A DNA stretch of 64,000 nucleotides from a virus. Of the stretch, positions 40,340-52,357 are shown one piece after another. Numbering within the stretch: position 1 is the stretch's first letter; each line of letters starts with the position of its first letter. The stretch lies in the IMG/VR virus record IMGVR_UViG_3300009149_000022, positions 1 to 64,000 of that record. One strand, written 5' to 3'. A program made the translations under genes and the position numbers. Below the pieces are notes generated by a model. That model was not told the DNA's origin and did no database searches. It worked only from the letters and a program-made list of their open reading frames with translations.

Positions 40340-40427
40340 CATCTAATAATAACACAAAGGACAACCAAAAACTGGTTGTCCTTTTTTTTGATTAAATAAA
40401 AAAACTAAATAATATATATATATATAT

Positions 40428-40757
40428 ATGAAAGCATTAAACGAATTTTTGAACGAATCACAAAAACCAGAAAAATATTGGGACAATATTTTTAAAAAGG
40501 CAATAAACAAATTTTCTTATTGGGAAAAATCAGACGAAAAGGCTGACATCGTAAATAGCATTAGACAAGCATATAATGAATTAGAACTTGATGTTCTTAA
40601 AGGTGAAAAGGGTTATGTTGAAATGATTGACAACAAAAAATATTGGGACCAACCAAAAGAATATACTAAATTTGCAACAGACATTTGGAATAAACTCAAA
40701 GGTAATATATGGGCAAAACAAAACGCACTTGAAGATTACTTAGATTGGTTAAAATGA
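40428..40757 (+). CDS. Small late protein with a capsid-targeting-like N-terminus
   Basis: MKALNEFLNES; own late motif (40390); terminators on both sides. Confidence 0.6.
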   Translation: MKALNEFLNESQKPEKYWDNIFKKAINKFSYWEKSDEKADIVNSIRQAYNELELDVLKGEKGYVEMIDNKKYWDQPKEYTKFATDIWNKLKGNIWAKQNALEDYLDWLK

Positions 40758-40844
40758 ACTAACATTGCTACTAAATATGAAGACTATCCACAAAGATAGT
40801 CTTTTTTGTTTCAGATTAAATATAATACTAATACTAGTATATAA

Positions 40845-41180
40845 ATGGCAACACCAATAGTAAGACTAAGATTGAAAGATATACTGAAATCCTTTCAAAT
40901 AGATTTAAGAAATTTTTATAAAAATAGGGTATATGTTCAACATCATTTACACATACAACCATCTGAAATAGATACATTGTGTTACTATGAATATCAATGG
41001 ATGGTAAAAGACCTTGTTGATATGTTAAAAGAACAAAATGGCGATAAAACGGGTAGTCAAGATAGTGCAAATGAACAAATGGAAAAAATGAAATCCAACG
41101 CAAGTAAATATACTAAATCATATAGCGGTAATAATTTACCAAAGTTAGGAAACTTTAAAATGCCCAATATGAAGTTTTAA
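40845..41180 (+). CDS. gp51: Baseplate hub assembly chaperone-like protein
   Basis: LRNFYK...SEIDTLCYYEYQWMV pattern; position after gp26. Confidence 0.6.
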   Translation: MATPIVRLRLKDILKSFQIDLRNFYKNRVYVQHHLHIQPSEIDTLCYYEYQWMVKDLVDMLKEQNGDKTGSQDSANEQMEKMKSNASKYTKSYSGNNLPKLGNFKMPNMKF

Positions 41181-41194
41181 AATAGTTAATTTAA

Positions 41195-44002
41195 ATGGGT
41201 GAAAACTTAGTTGCAGGCATACTAAAAAATATAGAAAGATTGGCAAATGTTAATATCCAACAAAACGTTGCTATTCTTACTAGTATAAAGAAAACCAATC
41301 TTATCTTATCAAGAGAAATAGGTAAAGAGCTACAAAAACAGACAAAATTATTACAATCAATTGCATAAGCGCTCACTAAAGGTACTTTTGCAAAAATAAC
41401 ACTTTTTGAAAAGGGTGATAAAAGTATATCTTCACTTTTTCAAAAAGGCGGTGCAAAAAACATATATTCACTTGCATCTTCAATAGATAAATTAACGGGT
41501 TCGCTAACAAAATTTAAGGATACTATTAATGAAATAGACGAAAAGAAATTTAAACTTTTTGCATCTCTTTTAGATATGGGGAAAAAGATTTTAATGTTTG
41601 CCACTATGACAGCATTGGCAGCACCACTTTTGGCTATTGGTTTGATTATAACAATTCCTTTATTATATATGTGGGTCAAATTTTTCAATTGGGTAGGTAA
41701 CACATCAAAAGAAATAAACAAAGGTGCTAAAATGTTATTGTATATGGCACTAGCAACTGGTATTGTAACACTAACTGTTATAATGTCAGCATACGCATTA
41801 GGTGATCCTGCAAAAACCTTTATGGCATTCTTATTAGTTGCTGGTTCAATGTTAATTTTATCTGGTGCATATTATCTAATGTCACTGGTTAGTAAACCAC
41901 TATCGACAGGTATAAAAACAATGCTATTCATGGCACTCACTACCGCAATCTTGGTTGCTATTATTATTGGTGCATCTTATTTGTTAGGTAGTCCGGGAAA
42001 AACTTTTGCGGCATTTTTATTAATGGCGGGTTCTTTGTTAGTTCTATCAGGTGCTTTTTTTATTATTGGAATGTTTAAGGGTAATGTGATTTCAGGTTCA
42101 ATTGCACTATTAATAGGTTCAGTAGCACTAATAGCTATTGGTTTTGCAATCAAAATTTTTATGGACATAAACCCCACTTGGGGAACACTGTTATTAGTAG
42201 ATGCTGCAATAATTGGTTTGGCAGTTGCTATGTCTTTTGCGGGTGGTAGTTTTGCATTAATATCATTAGGTGCTATTGGTATTATTATCTCTTCTGTTAG
42301 TGTTATGATATTGTCTAAGGCACTCGAAACGTGGATGGGCGCAAATGTGACTTGGGAAGGTATTGGTATGTTAGGAGCTGCTATAGTAGGTCTAGGTGTT
42401 GCTATGGCTGGTTGGGGATTGGGTGCAATACTTATTATCCCCGGTGCCGCTGCTATGGTTATAGCAGCCACTGGTATGTTCATTTTTACAAAAAGTTTAG
42501 TTAATTTTAAAGAGGCTAAGTGGAAAGATGGTGACACAGATACTATGTTATATTCAATGGATACTATTTTAAGAGGATTTGTTGATATATTTGATGATTT
42601 GAGTTATTCCGATATTGCAAAAGCTTTGGCTGGCACACTATTATTGGGTGAACTAGGAAATTCTATGTCTCAATTTGCACAAGGTGTTGCTGCTATGGCA
42701 AAACTACAAGCACCTGAATATGCAGTAAAAGATGGTAAGTTAGTCTTAGTGGGTACAAAAGCACTAGATCCAGATTTTGCACAAAAAGTAGGTCAAAATA
42801 TACAAGTAATATTAGATGCTGTCATAGATCCGTTGGCAAAACTGGGTGCCAATGAGGGATTCTTTTTTGCCGGCCCCGTTGGTAATGGTATTAAATTGTT
42901 AGGTAAGTTAGGGAACAGTTTATCTAATTTTGCTAGAGGTGTTGCGGCAATGGCAAAATTACAAGTACCTACATATAAAGTTAATGATAAAGGTGATCTG
43001 GTATTAGAAAGTGTTGAACCACTAAGTCCCGATTTCGCACAAAAAATGGGACAAAACATCAAAATGATGGTTGAACCACTAACTGGTTCCAATGGTATAT
43101 TAGCACAATTAGGAGCACAAGAAGGTGTTATTTTTAATGGTCCCATCGGAAATGGTATAAACCTACTCGCAAAATTAGGAAATAGTTTATCTGGTTTTGC
43201 GGAGGGTGTCCAAGCGTGGGCCAATCTAACTATTCCAATATATGGAACTAATGAAAAGGGTGAGGTTATAGTAAAAGAATTAAAACCCCTAGACAAAGAC
43301 TTTGCAACGAAAGTAGGTACAAACATAGATATGATTGTTGACGCTTTAATAAACCCAATTAAAAAACTTGGAAAACAAGATGGTGGGTGGTTGTTTAGTT
43401 CAGAATTTGAAGATGGTATTGCAATATTAGGTAGAATAGGAGAACCACTTAATAATTTGGCACAAGCTGCAAAAACACTAAGCGATATTAATATAAAACC
43501 ACTCCAATTACAAAAAACAGTTAGTGGTATTATAGGTTCTTTTGTGAGTGCATTATCTAAAGATGCACTAAAAGACCTTAATGAAAAACAAGGTAAAAAA
43601 GTTCTCGATGGTTTTAATTATTTTGCAAATGCTGTTGAAAAAATGAAAGGTGGTGAAACAGAAAAAGTAGGTGCAATGTTCGTTTCGATGAAAGATTCTA
43701 TAAATGACATGGATCTAAAGAAACTAAACAAATTAACAGCACTTGCACAAAATCTTAGCAACTTCGCAAAACATATGAAAGGTTCTTTTGGAGAACTAGA
43801 AGGTGTATTAGAAAGATTAGTAGATGTTGTTAAAGAAATGAACGGTATCCAAATATCGGCGGCAAATACAAACAAACCACAAACAAAAATGGGAGATGTT
43901 AAAGTTGACTTATTACCACTAATACAAGAACTAGATGAAATTAAATCAGTACTATTGTCTGGCATAGAAGTAGAAGTAAAAGAAAACACACTTTCAAGAT
44001 AA
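41195..44002 (+). CDS. Tape-measure-like protein interrupted by one in-frame TAA (41366-41368)
   Basis: Frame runs from ATG 41195 into ORF 41576..44002 with a single stop. Ala/Gly-rich hydrophobic helices and three ~80 aa LGNS.S.FA.GV repeats; follows gp26/gp51. Confidence 0.6.
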
Positions 44003-44060
44003 TTTTAATGACAATAGTTCAATATAATTAGATTAAATATACTAGAACAATTTAATCGTT

Positions 44061-44855
44061 ATGAAAACTAAAAATTTAAGTTCAACTGATATAGATGATT
44101 TATCAGAGTTCATGGAATCTAAACTAAAACCAAAATACATTATGGAAAAAGAAGGGAGTGTTAAACAATTTAAAACTGATATTTCAGTTTCAAAATTTAA
44201 ATGTAAAACTAAAAACCAATCAGAAATAGTAAAATCAATAACAGACAAAAACACAACAATAACAATAGTACATGGAAAACCCGGCACCGGTAAAACGTTT
44301 TCAGCAATACAAGGAGCACTAAAAGAATTTAAAACAGGTTCTTATAATAAACTATATCTATGTAAATCAGTAAAAACCATTGATAATAAATCAGAAGATA
44401 TTGGTTTTTTAAAAGGAACATTAGAAGAAAAAGTAGCACCGTTTTTGTTTTCGTTTGATTTTAATTTTAAACAAATAATATCACCCATTGTATATGATGC
44501 AGCAAGACAAAATGAAATAATAGAATTTCTACCACTTGCATATATAAGAGGAATTGGTTTGAATAATTGTGTTATCATACTAGACGAAGCTCAAAATATA
44601 AATAATGCAATATTAAGAACCGTGCTGTCTAGAATTGGTCAAAACTGTAAGCTAATTATACTAGGCGATACACAACAAAAAGATAGTTCTACTGGTCACT
44701 CATCCGGTCTAGATTTTTTAATCAAACATTTTCAAGATATAAAAGGATTTAGTGTTATTGAAATGACTAAAGAAGATCAAAGTAGAGCAGACATCATAAA
44801 TGAAATAGAAGATAGGTATGATGAACTAGAAAGTAAAGGTACTAAAGTAGCATAA
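44061..44855 (+). CDS. phoH: PhoH-family ATPase
   Basis: GKPGTGKT, IGFLKG, LAYIRG, LDEAQN, SRIG, GDTQQKD. Confidence 0.93.
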   Translation: MKTKNLSSTDIDDLSEFMESKLKPKYIMEKEGSVKQFKTDISVSKFKCKTKNQSEIVKSITDKNTTITIVHGKPGTGKTFSAIQGALKEFKTGSYNKLYLCKSVKTIDNKSEDIGFLKGTLEEKVAPFLFSFDFNFKQIISPIVYDAARQNEIIEFLPLAYIRGIGLNNCVIILDEAQNINNAILRTVLSRIGQNCKLIILGDTQQKDSSTGHSSGLDFLIKHFQDIKGFSVIEMTKEDQSRADIINEIEDRYDELESKGTKVA

Positions 44856-44877
44856 AGACAAAAAAAGGGAACTAATT

Positions 44878-46671
44878 TTAGTTCCCTTTTTTGTTATTCA
44901 ACTCATATATTTCGTTACCACAATCATAGATGCGATAATACCCCCTACTGTGCATAATTTGAACTTCTGTCATTGTATTTGGAAATCCTTGTTCTACTAG
45001 TTTTTGTTTTCTGAATTTGAACCTATTGAATTTAGAATTTCGATATGCCCAATAGTAACCAACAACAGTTTCACCCACAAAATTAAATCCATTTTTTACA
45101 TAAACATTACCATTTGAAATATCCCCATTAGCATAGCTCATTAATTTTTCAAATTCATAGGTTTTTAAAAAATGTGATAATAATTTACTAAACCCACCCA
45201 TCACAACACAATTCAATTTACTACAAAATCTAAGTAATTCTATTTCATTTTTTTTGTTTCTACTTTTACCAAAAGTAACTAAAGTCACTAAACAATTATT
45301 GTGATATAACCCCAATCTAATAGATGAATTACAATATCCCTGAAGGTGATTTTCTATTAGAAAATCTTTACTTTCTTTGTGTGACACTATTCTTATTTCA
45401 CAACACCTTGCACCTATCTTTTTCTTAGTCACCCCTAATTTATTTGATATTAGACTTTTGACTATATCTTGACGTTCTCGCCAATCATCTTCCCATATAT
45501 TTATAAGCAATATGTTATTTTCTTTACAAAGTTTTTTCTTATCTTTATGGTATGTTTTCGATGGTTTATTGAATTCCCCATGCCAATATAGTCCATTAAA
45601 TTCTATACCAATTCGCAAATCTGGTAGATAAATATCTATAGTTTTTCTACTGTTTGGAATTGGTGTGTTTTCTAGAATATTTCCATCATATACTTTTTTT
45701 ACATATTCCGTTAACTCTTTTTCTAGATTCGAAACCCCCGATTTTTCAACAATTTCAAAATATTCAGAATTACAATTTGGACATATACAAACATCACTAT
45801 TAACTAAGTTGTTTGTTGTTGTCCTATACGATGACCAATCACCTAAACAATTTCCACAAGAAAAAGAAACCTTTTCGGACGAATATTTAGTAATTTTAAT
45901 CTTCCATTTGCATAGTTTTTCATTCCAGTTATCTAAAACTATTTTGCGTTTAATTTTTAAATAATTTTTTGGGTTTGGGTATACACTAGTACCATACTTT
46001 TCTGTATTTGTAGATATTCGTTTATTATTTATGTCTTTTTTTTCCTTTTGTGTTTTTTTAGACCACGATTTTTTTATTTTTTCTTTTATTTCTGGTAGTT
46101 GCGTTTTTGATTTTACTCCATACTTTTCTATGTTTGTTTGTGTGTTGCGCATACATACGTCTTTCCATTCTTTAGAGTTGTAGTATATCTTTTTCAATTG
46201 TCTTGCTTCAACAGTATTGGCGGGATTCTCAATCCCATATCTTTCTAATGAAGTATTTTTTCGTTTATCTGATATTTTCTTTAATTCTTCTTCTGATTTT
46301 GATCCCCAAGTGTTTTTAATTTTTTCAACATAGGATGTGTTCTTGTATCTGCTCTTATTATCACAAGATCGTGAACAAAAAGAGTTTACTTTAGAAATTG
46401 TTATTTTACCAGACTTTTTAATTTTATAAGATGCGCTTATTTTCTTCCCACATTCTAAACACTTTGGTTGTTCTAAAATGTCATGTTGCCAATAATAAAA
46501 AATAGTTTTAAAGTTTAGCTCACTTTCTCTTATATCTAATTCGTGTTTACTAGTCCAAATCCATTCTAAAAATGGTTCTAAAAACCCCTTTTTTTCAAAT
46601 GTCTTGTAATCCTTCTTGTTTAATGACGAATCTATTAGTTGGAATTTTTTCTTAAAATCTATATACTTCAT
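44878..46671 (-). mobile_element. Free-standing putative homing endonuclease (Hef-like, PD-(D/E)xK)
   Basis: EKYG/ERYG repeats, zinc fingers, IDIYLP..RIGIEFNGLYWH, IWEDDW, NHLQG, ELLRFC, IYDCG; TATAAATA upstream on the minus strand. Confidence 0.8.
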
Positions 46672-46770
46672 GTGTATATTAAATAGAGTTTTTTGTTATA
46701 TTATTTATATAAACAAAAAAAGAACAGTTGGTTTCAACTGTTCTTTTCTATTCATTAAAAGTTATATCTA

Positions 46771-47325
46771 TTATACTTGTTGCTCAGTGAAATAATCTGA
46801 TCTAAACGTAACTTCCAATTCTAAAGGTTCGCCACTAGAATAATCTAATGCCAATTCAGGAATATCTCCATTTATGAAACAATCGTGAAACGTTCTTTGC
46901 CAGTGAATATCACCAACTCTATTAAACATAGTTACTATAATTTTTGCGTCTGAATAATCTTTTTTAAGTCCCATATCACCAGTTAGTGGATTATATCCTA
47001 TTCTCTTCCAATCTCTTAAAGTTTTGTATACATACATCTCATTATCATCATTTAGATTAAGAGAAAAATTAATCGCTAAATCAACAACAGTATTAGTAGG
47101 AGTTGTACTAAGGTATGATCTTTTAGCTGTTTTGAATTCTTGTTCAACAGCTTCTTGACCAAGTTCAGTGGTTAAACCACCTATTGTTCTAACATGTTCT
47201 AATAGTAACTCACCACCACCAACACCAGGTGGTGGTAATATCGTCACCTCGAACAAATTTCCCGCGACAAATTCCCATTTGTTAACGGATGCCTTTGAAT
47301 TTTTGTAGTGTGGTAAACTGGCCAT
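46771..47325 (-). CDS. gp19: Tail tube protein
   Basis: NLFEVTI, LDYS, VTFRSDY; lies downstream of the sheath gene. Confidence 0.85.
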   Translation of the reverse strand: MASLPHYKNSKASVNKWEFVAGNLFEVTILPPPGVGGGELLLEHVRTIGGLTTELGQEAVEQEFKTAKRSYLSTTPTNTVVDLAINFSLNLNDDNEMYVYKTLRDWKRIGYNPLTGDMGLKKDYSDAKIIVTMFNRVGDIHWQRTFHDCFINGDIPELALDYSSGEPLELEVTFRSDYFTEQQV

Positions 47326-47457
47326 AGTATTTTATATTATTTTTATATTGTTTATTTCTTATCTTATTTAATCAATCAAGATTTCCTTTCTTTATTTAAT
47401 CAATAAAAAAGGCAACCATTAGTGGTTGCCTTTTAAAATTTATATTATAGGTTTTAA

Positions 47458-50400
47458 TTATGCTACTGTAAATTCACCAGCTGCGATTGCACCTGTTCTA
47501 AGAATAGTAACTCTTTGAACGAGTTTCCCAAGTCCTCTCACAGGCTCGACTGCTATATCAATGATACCAAAGTCATTATCAATAACTTCTGGAGTGTTAT
47601 TGACAGTATTCATGACCGTAGTGAAATCTACTAATCCCCCGTCATTCAAGATTTGCGATAAGAAACCATCAACCAATGTTTTAATTTCTAATCTTGTTTG
47701 TACGGTATTAAATTCCCACCTGTAGTTTTTCAATATTTGCTCAACAGTTTCTTGAATATATATCAACAATTCCCTAACATGAATACTAGATAGTGCTGAT
47801 TTTATATTTTGTTGTGCAGTTTGATTAGCATTGATTACGTTTCCGAATCCTCTACTTGGAACAGTCACATTCAATCCAAATGGTTCAACAGCATCTAAAC
47901 TGTTTCTATCATATATGTATTCAACACCCACTATGTTGTTTCCAGATAGAACACCCCGTCTAGGTCCTGCAATTATAGAATATGGTTGATCTGATCTATA
48001 CTTAGCCATAAAGTTATTTGAAACATATGCAGCCGGTGGTACTAGTTTAGTACTTGGACCTTCTCTCAATACTAAGTAAGGGTGATAAAATCCACAATAG
48101 TTAGAACCTTGGTTTAGTGAGGGTAATGAAAACGTATTACTAGGGTTGAAATCTTGATTTCCTCCCGTTGCAACATACCTTGGGTCATAATCACTTCTAC
48201 TATTAAATTTAAATAGTGGATTTGTGGAATCGTCTAGTTGTTTAACCGAAGGTGCGTTCAATATCGCAAATGCAAACTTTCTATCTTTACATAGTGAAGA
48301 CAATACATTTTTACTACTAGGTTCTATTAACCCATCAAACGTATCTACTATATATCTAAAGATAATAGCTTCTTTATCTGCTAATGTGCTATATAAACCA
48401 GTGTTTGTTAACACATTCATTATTTCGTTTTGTCTCAACGCTGTTCCATTAGGTATTTGCGCCTCTCGCATTGTGAATCCATCAAGACCTTGAACATTAT
48501 AATTAGTAACAAAGTTTTGAACTGATTTGTATCTTTCCACTTCATCATTAGACGTGCCAAAAAATACCGGATCAATTGTTTTAACGGTCACAACTTGTGT
48601 ATCTGTATTTTCTTTAACAGATTCTACTCTTGTGAATCGAGATTCCCCTGTTCTAGGATCAAATTTAGTTTTAGTTGCACCATCATCAAAACTTCTAACT
48701 AAGAAATCTGTTGGTTTGATGTCACCTAGACTATAAATACTAGTTGCACCTACACTATAACTGAATTCGTAATCATTAATCTTGTTTACAGTAAATGTTT
48801 GATTGATTGCACCAGCTAGTGATTTGATATTCATAACAATACTATTTGCCGCTGTATCTACGGGTGTTAGTGTGTAATATGTTATTTGATGTGACAGTTT
48901 ATCTGTACTCAATAGTCCATCTAATCCATCCCCAGTAGAACCATCTGCAACTTTAGAAATGATACTAAATTCTTCATAAGAACCACCGGTTACTTGTACA
49001 GTATCCCCACTAGACAACACACCACTCAAATAATCTTCACCAGATTCAGATGTTTGTGTAAATACATACGATCCAGAATCTAATGTTTGAATGGCAATTT
49101 CGTTATATTCATTTACTGTTTTATCAGTACTAGTACTAATACTAGAACCATCAATAAACAATGTTTCTGTTCCCGCATCATTAGTTGGGTATATTTGAAT
49201 ACTAATTTTATCAGTTCCCAAGGACACATCTTTAACTAGAGCCAAAGTTGTGGTTCCCGCAGTTGAACCCGTTGCACCTACAATAGATGAACAAGCAACA
49301 AAACTAGTATTTTCGATAACATTTATCGCCCACACACTCCATGCTGTATTATCAGCAAATAAACTAGTACCGCCAGGGGCATTTGTATCGGTCGATGTTG
49401 GACTATAAACTGTTATAGTATCATATTTTCCAGTACCACCGTATGCGTTTGTGTCTGTTATTGACAGTTGTGCATTTGCAGCACCACTATAAGATGTTGC
49501 ACCATAATTATCAATTGTGTTTGCTGTGAATGATAATTCTTGTGAATCATAATCTTCTGCTGTATATGATAAGTTTTCTTTAATAGTTCCTAAGTAAGAT
49601 AAATAATCAATTTTACTTAACGTAGGCGAACCTTCAATTGTTCCACCTAATAGATCAATTGTAGAACCACTTAAAAATGTATTACCATCAAATAAGTCTT
49701 CGTCTATTGCGCAATATAAACCAGTAAATGCGGTTTCTAAATTAACTAAGTCTTGAATGAATAAATCATTACCATCCGCGTCTTGGAAATTCGGTATTAA
49801 AACACCCGTATATTCTCCTAGTGAGACAACATTGGGGTTTTCTAATAAGGCAACTAACCCATCCCTTGAATTACCATTAGAATCTGTAAAAGTTTTCTTG
49901 ATACCGTTTGTATCAAAGTAATCTCCTAATAGTGGATCTACCGATAGTTTTTCAAAATCAGTATAATCACCTTTAATGATATTAACCCTCACACAATAAT
50001 CATTGATGTAATCTGATCCATCCATAAACTCGGGAACGTCAGCCTCACCATACCAATCATCTGCTGTGATGTTTAATCCCTGTATTCTATCATGTGTTAC
50101 AATAACAGATAGGGTTGTTCTACCAACATTTACAAAATTTAACAAAGATTTTGTAAACCCTTCTTGGTTGTTTATGTTTCTTAGTGTTTTTTCAGTATCT
50201 AAACGCCAAAACTTACTAGTGTTGAAGTTTCCAGAAATTGGTGCGAAACCAGTTCTTTGATTTTTTTCTTTTGCCGATGTTGAAAAACTAATAAATTCAG
50301 TTTTGTCTAAATCATTGTCTAAATTTAACAAATTTAAAGCTATAATTGGAGAGTCTAACAACATTTCTTGCGCACTTAGGTGAAAATAAGAACCTTTCTT

Positions 50401-50607
50401 TTCTAATTGCTTGTCTCTTTTACCATATACGTTTTCAAAAAACGCATAATCTTGACAAAAGACGGGTGTGTTAAATGGTCCAACTTTACTGAAACCTATA
50501 ATCATTCTTATAGTTGCAGTAGAAGTAGTCACAATTTGTGACCTGTCAAATTCGAAGGTATAAATACCACTCGAACGTATATTGGATAAATAAACTGGTA
50601 GTGCCAT
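47458..50607 (-). CDS. gp18: Tail sheath protein (1049 aa, large central insertion)
   Basis: SSGIYTFEFD, GPFN.P, PPAAYV, AGPRRG, IHVRELL, WEFN...TR, NNTPEVID. Confidence 0.92.
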   Translation of the reverse strand: MALPVYLSNIRSSGIYTFEFDRSQIVTTSTATIRMIIGFSKVGPFNTPVFCQDYAFFENVYGKRDKQLEKKGSYFHLSAQEMLLDSPIIALNLLNLDNDLDKTEFISFSTSAKEKNQRTGFAPISGNFNTSKFWRLDTEKTLRNINNQEGFTKSLLNFVNVGRTTLSVIVTHDRIQGLNITADDWYGEADVPEFMDGSDYINDYCVRVNIIKGDYTDFEKLSVDPLLGDYFDTNGIKKTFTDSNGNSRDGLVALLENPNVVSLGEYTGVLIPNFQDADGNDLFIQDLVNLETAFTGLYCAIDEDLFDGNTFLSGSTIDLLGGTIEGSPTLSKIDYLSYLGTIKENLSYTAEDYDSQELSFTANTIDNYGATSYSGAANAQLSITDTNAYGGTGKYDTITVYSPTSTDTNAPGGTSLFADNTAWSVWAINVIENTSFVACSSIVGATGSTAGTTTLALVKDVSLGTDKISIQIYPTNDAGTETLFIDGSSISTSTDKTVNEYNEIAIQTLDSGSYVFTQTSESGEDYLSGVLSSGDTVQVTGGSYEEFSIISKVADGSTGDGLDGLLSTDKLSHQITYYTLTPVDTAANSIVMNIKSLAGAINQTFTVNKINDYEFSYSVGATSIYSLGDIKPTDFLVRSFDDGATKTKFDPRTGESRFTRVESVKENTDTQVVTVKTIDPVFFGTSNDEVERYKSVQNFVTNYNVQGLDGFTMREAQIPNGTALRQNEIMNVLTNTGLYSTLADKEAIIFRYIVDTFDGLIEPSSKNVLSSLCKDRKFAFAILNAPSVKQLDDSTNPLFKFNSRSDYDPRYVATGGNQDFNPSNTFSLPSLNQGSNYCGFYHPYLVLREGPSTKLVPPAAYVSNNFMAKYRSDQPYSIIAGPRRGVLSGNNIVGVEYIYDRNSLDAVEPFGLNVTVPSRGFGNVINANQTAQQNIKSALSSIHVRELLIYIQETVEQILKNYRWEFNTVQTRLEIKTLVDGFLSQILNDGGLVDFTTVMNTVNNTPEVIDNDFGIIDIAVEPVRGLGKLVQRVTILRTGAIAAGEFTVA

Positions 50608-50962
50608 ATTTTTTATATTATTTTACCTTATTTAATCAATCAAACCTAAACTAATTTAGATATTTTTTTAATTAGTATTACTTCTATTGTATAGAGACTT
50701 ACAATCGGTGAGTGTTTTTCTTTTTTTATCACATCCATTACTAAAAAAATAATAAAAGATTTGTTTAATTGATTTTCTTTTTGTATATTAGTATGAGTAT
50801 TATCATAACTTTTAAACACTATAAATATGTAGAAAATATATAAACAAAATAAAATATATTCACGTAAAAATGCATTTAATAAATAACGAAAAACTTGAAA
50901 ATAAATACATTTATAAGGTTGAATATAACAGGGTATTAATCTAATCAAATTAAACACTAAAT

Positions 50963-51559
50963 ATGCAAAAAGTTAACATAAGAGCGCTAGGAATAGAATT
51001 TAAAAAAACAAAATCAGAAAAAACATTTAAAAAATTATTCGAATCTTGTAAACCCGGAACCATAAATTTCTATAAGAAATATAACAATACTATAGATGTA
51101 CTAGAAGATTGCTACAACGAAACACTTATTTCTATTTGGAATGATATTGACAAAATAGATGTTGAAAAGTATAGTATAAGTACTATGATCTATTTGAAAA
51201 TGAAACAAAATCTAATTAGACACTATAAAAGTGTAGGGGGGCAATTCAATCATTACGATATTGATGACCCAGTAGTGAGTAACATGGTGGTTAACGACGA
51301 CAAAACCGAAATGACATATGATTTACAAGAAAATTATATTAAAGATGAAAGTGTTAAAACTCTTTGGGAAGATATAAAAACTGTGTTAAATAATGACACA
51401 TCATATAATATATTATATGATAAATATGCAAATAATATGAAAACTAAAGAAATTGCTGATAAGTATGCCACAAAACAACAAAATGTTTTAAATAGAATTT
51501 TTAACGCAAAGAAAAAAATAGAATCAAATGAAGATATATATTATGAATTTATCAAATAA
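50963..51559 (+). CDS. Sigma-70/ECF-like RNA polymerase sigma factor
   Basis: Region 2-like EDCYNETLISIWNDIDK...STMIY; region 4 HTH KTKEIADKY...VLNRIFNAKKKI. Confidence 0.7.
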   Translation: MQKVNIRALGIEFKKTKSEKTFKKLFESCKPGTINFYKKYNNTIDVLEDCYNETLISIWNDIDKIDVEKYSISTMIYLKMKQNLIRHYKSVGGQFNHYDIDDPVVSNMVVNDDKTEMTYDLQENYIKDESVKTLWEDIKTVLNNDTSYNILYDKYANNMKTKEIADKYATKQQNVLNRIFNAKKKIESNEDIYYEFIK

Positions 51560-52043
51560 GATTTTAAATTTTATTTTTCATCTAGATTTTTGGAAAGACT
51601 ATAAATTGTATAGAAAAAGTAAAAGTGTACTATATACATTCTTCAAAGAAGAAGATAGTGATTTACAAAAAGCTTTTATTGCAAACTTCGATTATCCCGA
51701 TGATATGACATCATCTCCCGTTAGATTTGAAAATAATTCTGGAGATGTTTATTACACTATAAATTTCAAATCAAAAGAACTATTTGAAAATTCCGGTACA
51801 AAAGAAAAGGCATTATCGAACAGTCTTGTTATATTAGATAAGTATCTACCGTTGGGTATTACACAACATATAGAACCACAAGCACCTATTCACATACCAA
51901 ATACCTTTACAATTTTGTGTTCATTGAAATTGATTTCAGAAATCAATATACAAAGTGTAATATTAAATTTTACTATTTGTTTATTAAAAGTTTCTGTGAT
52001 AATTTCGTTTTTTGCTGGTCTTGTAAAATATTTATTGTTTTAG
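51528..52043 (+). CDS. Hypothetical protein with C-terminal membrane segment
   Basis: Hydrophobic C-terminus. Confidence 0.5.
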   Translation: MKIYIMNLSNKILNFIFHLDFWKDYKLYRKSKSVLYTFFKEEDSDLQKAFIANFDYPDDMTSSPVRFENNSGDVYYTINFKSKELFENSGTKEKALSNSLVILDKYLPLGITQHIEPQAPIHIPNTFTILCSLKLISEINIQSVILNFTICLLKVSVIISFFAGLVKYLLF

Positions 52044-52075
52044 TTCACTTTAACATTAAAGATTAAATAAAAATT

Positions 52076-52357
52076 ATGAATAACTACGAAAATAACTACG
52101 AATACAAAAGAATATGTGAAAAATATCCTATGTTGTCTAGGGTTATAAGAAACTCACTTATGAGTCAAGTGACTAATTCTAGTCACAAAGTATCAGACAA
52201 AAAGGAAGTATTGAGAGCCCTGAAAAAGTTCAAGAAAAAGAAAAGATTGAAAGTAATGGAATCGTTCTTTCTGATAGAATCAGAAACAAAAGAATTCACC
52301 GACATTATACCAAACATTATTAAATTTTTCGAAACAATCAAAAACGTAAAAAAATAA
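52076..52357 (+). CDS. Hypothetical protein
   Basis: GATTAAATA directly upstream. Confidence 0.5.
   Translation: MNNYENNYEYKRICEKYPMLSRVIRNSLMSQVTNSSHKVSDKKEVLRALKKFKKKKRLKVMESFFLIESETKEFTDIIPNIIKFFETIKNVKK

Noticed and set aside
41977-43989. Long minus-strand ORFs opposite the tape-measure-like gene (and similar antisense ORFs elsewhere)
   Set aside because: They fully overlap well-supported plus-strand genes and have no motifs or promoter signals.
44878-46770. Duplicated target-gene end around the Hef-like endonuclease
   Set aside because: No copy of the tube or phoH end is visible; the gene has its own promoter motif and flanking terminators.
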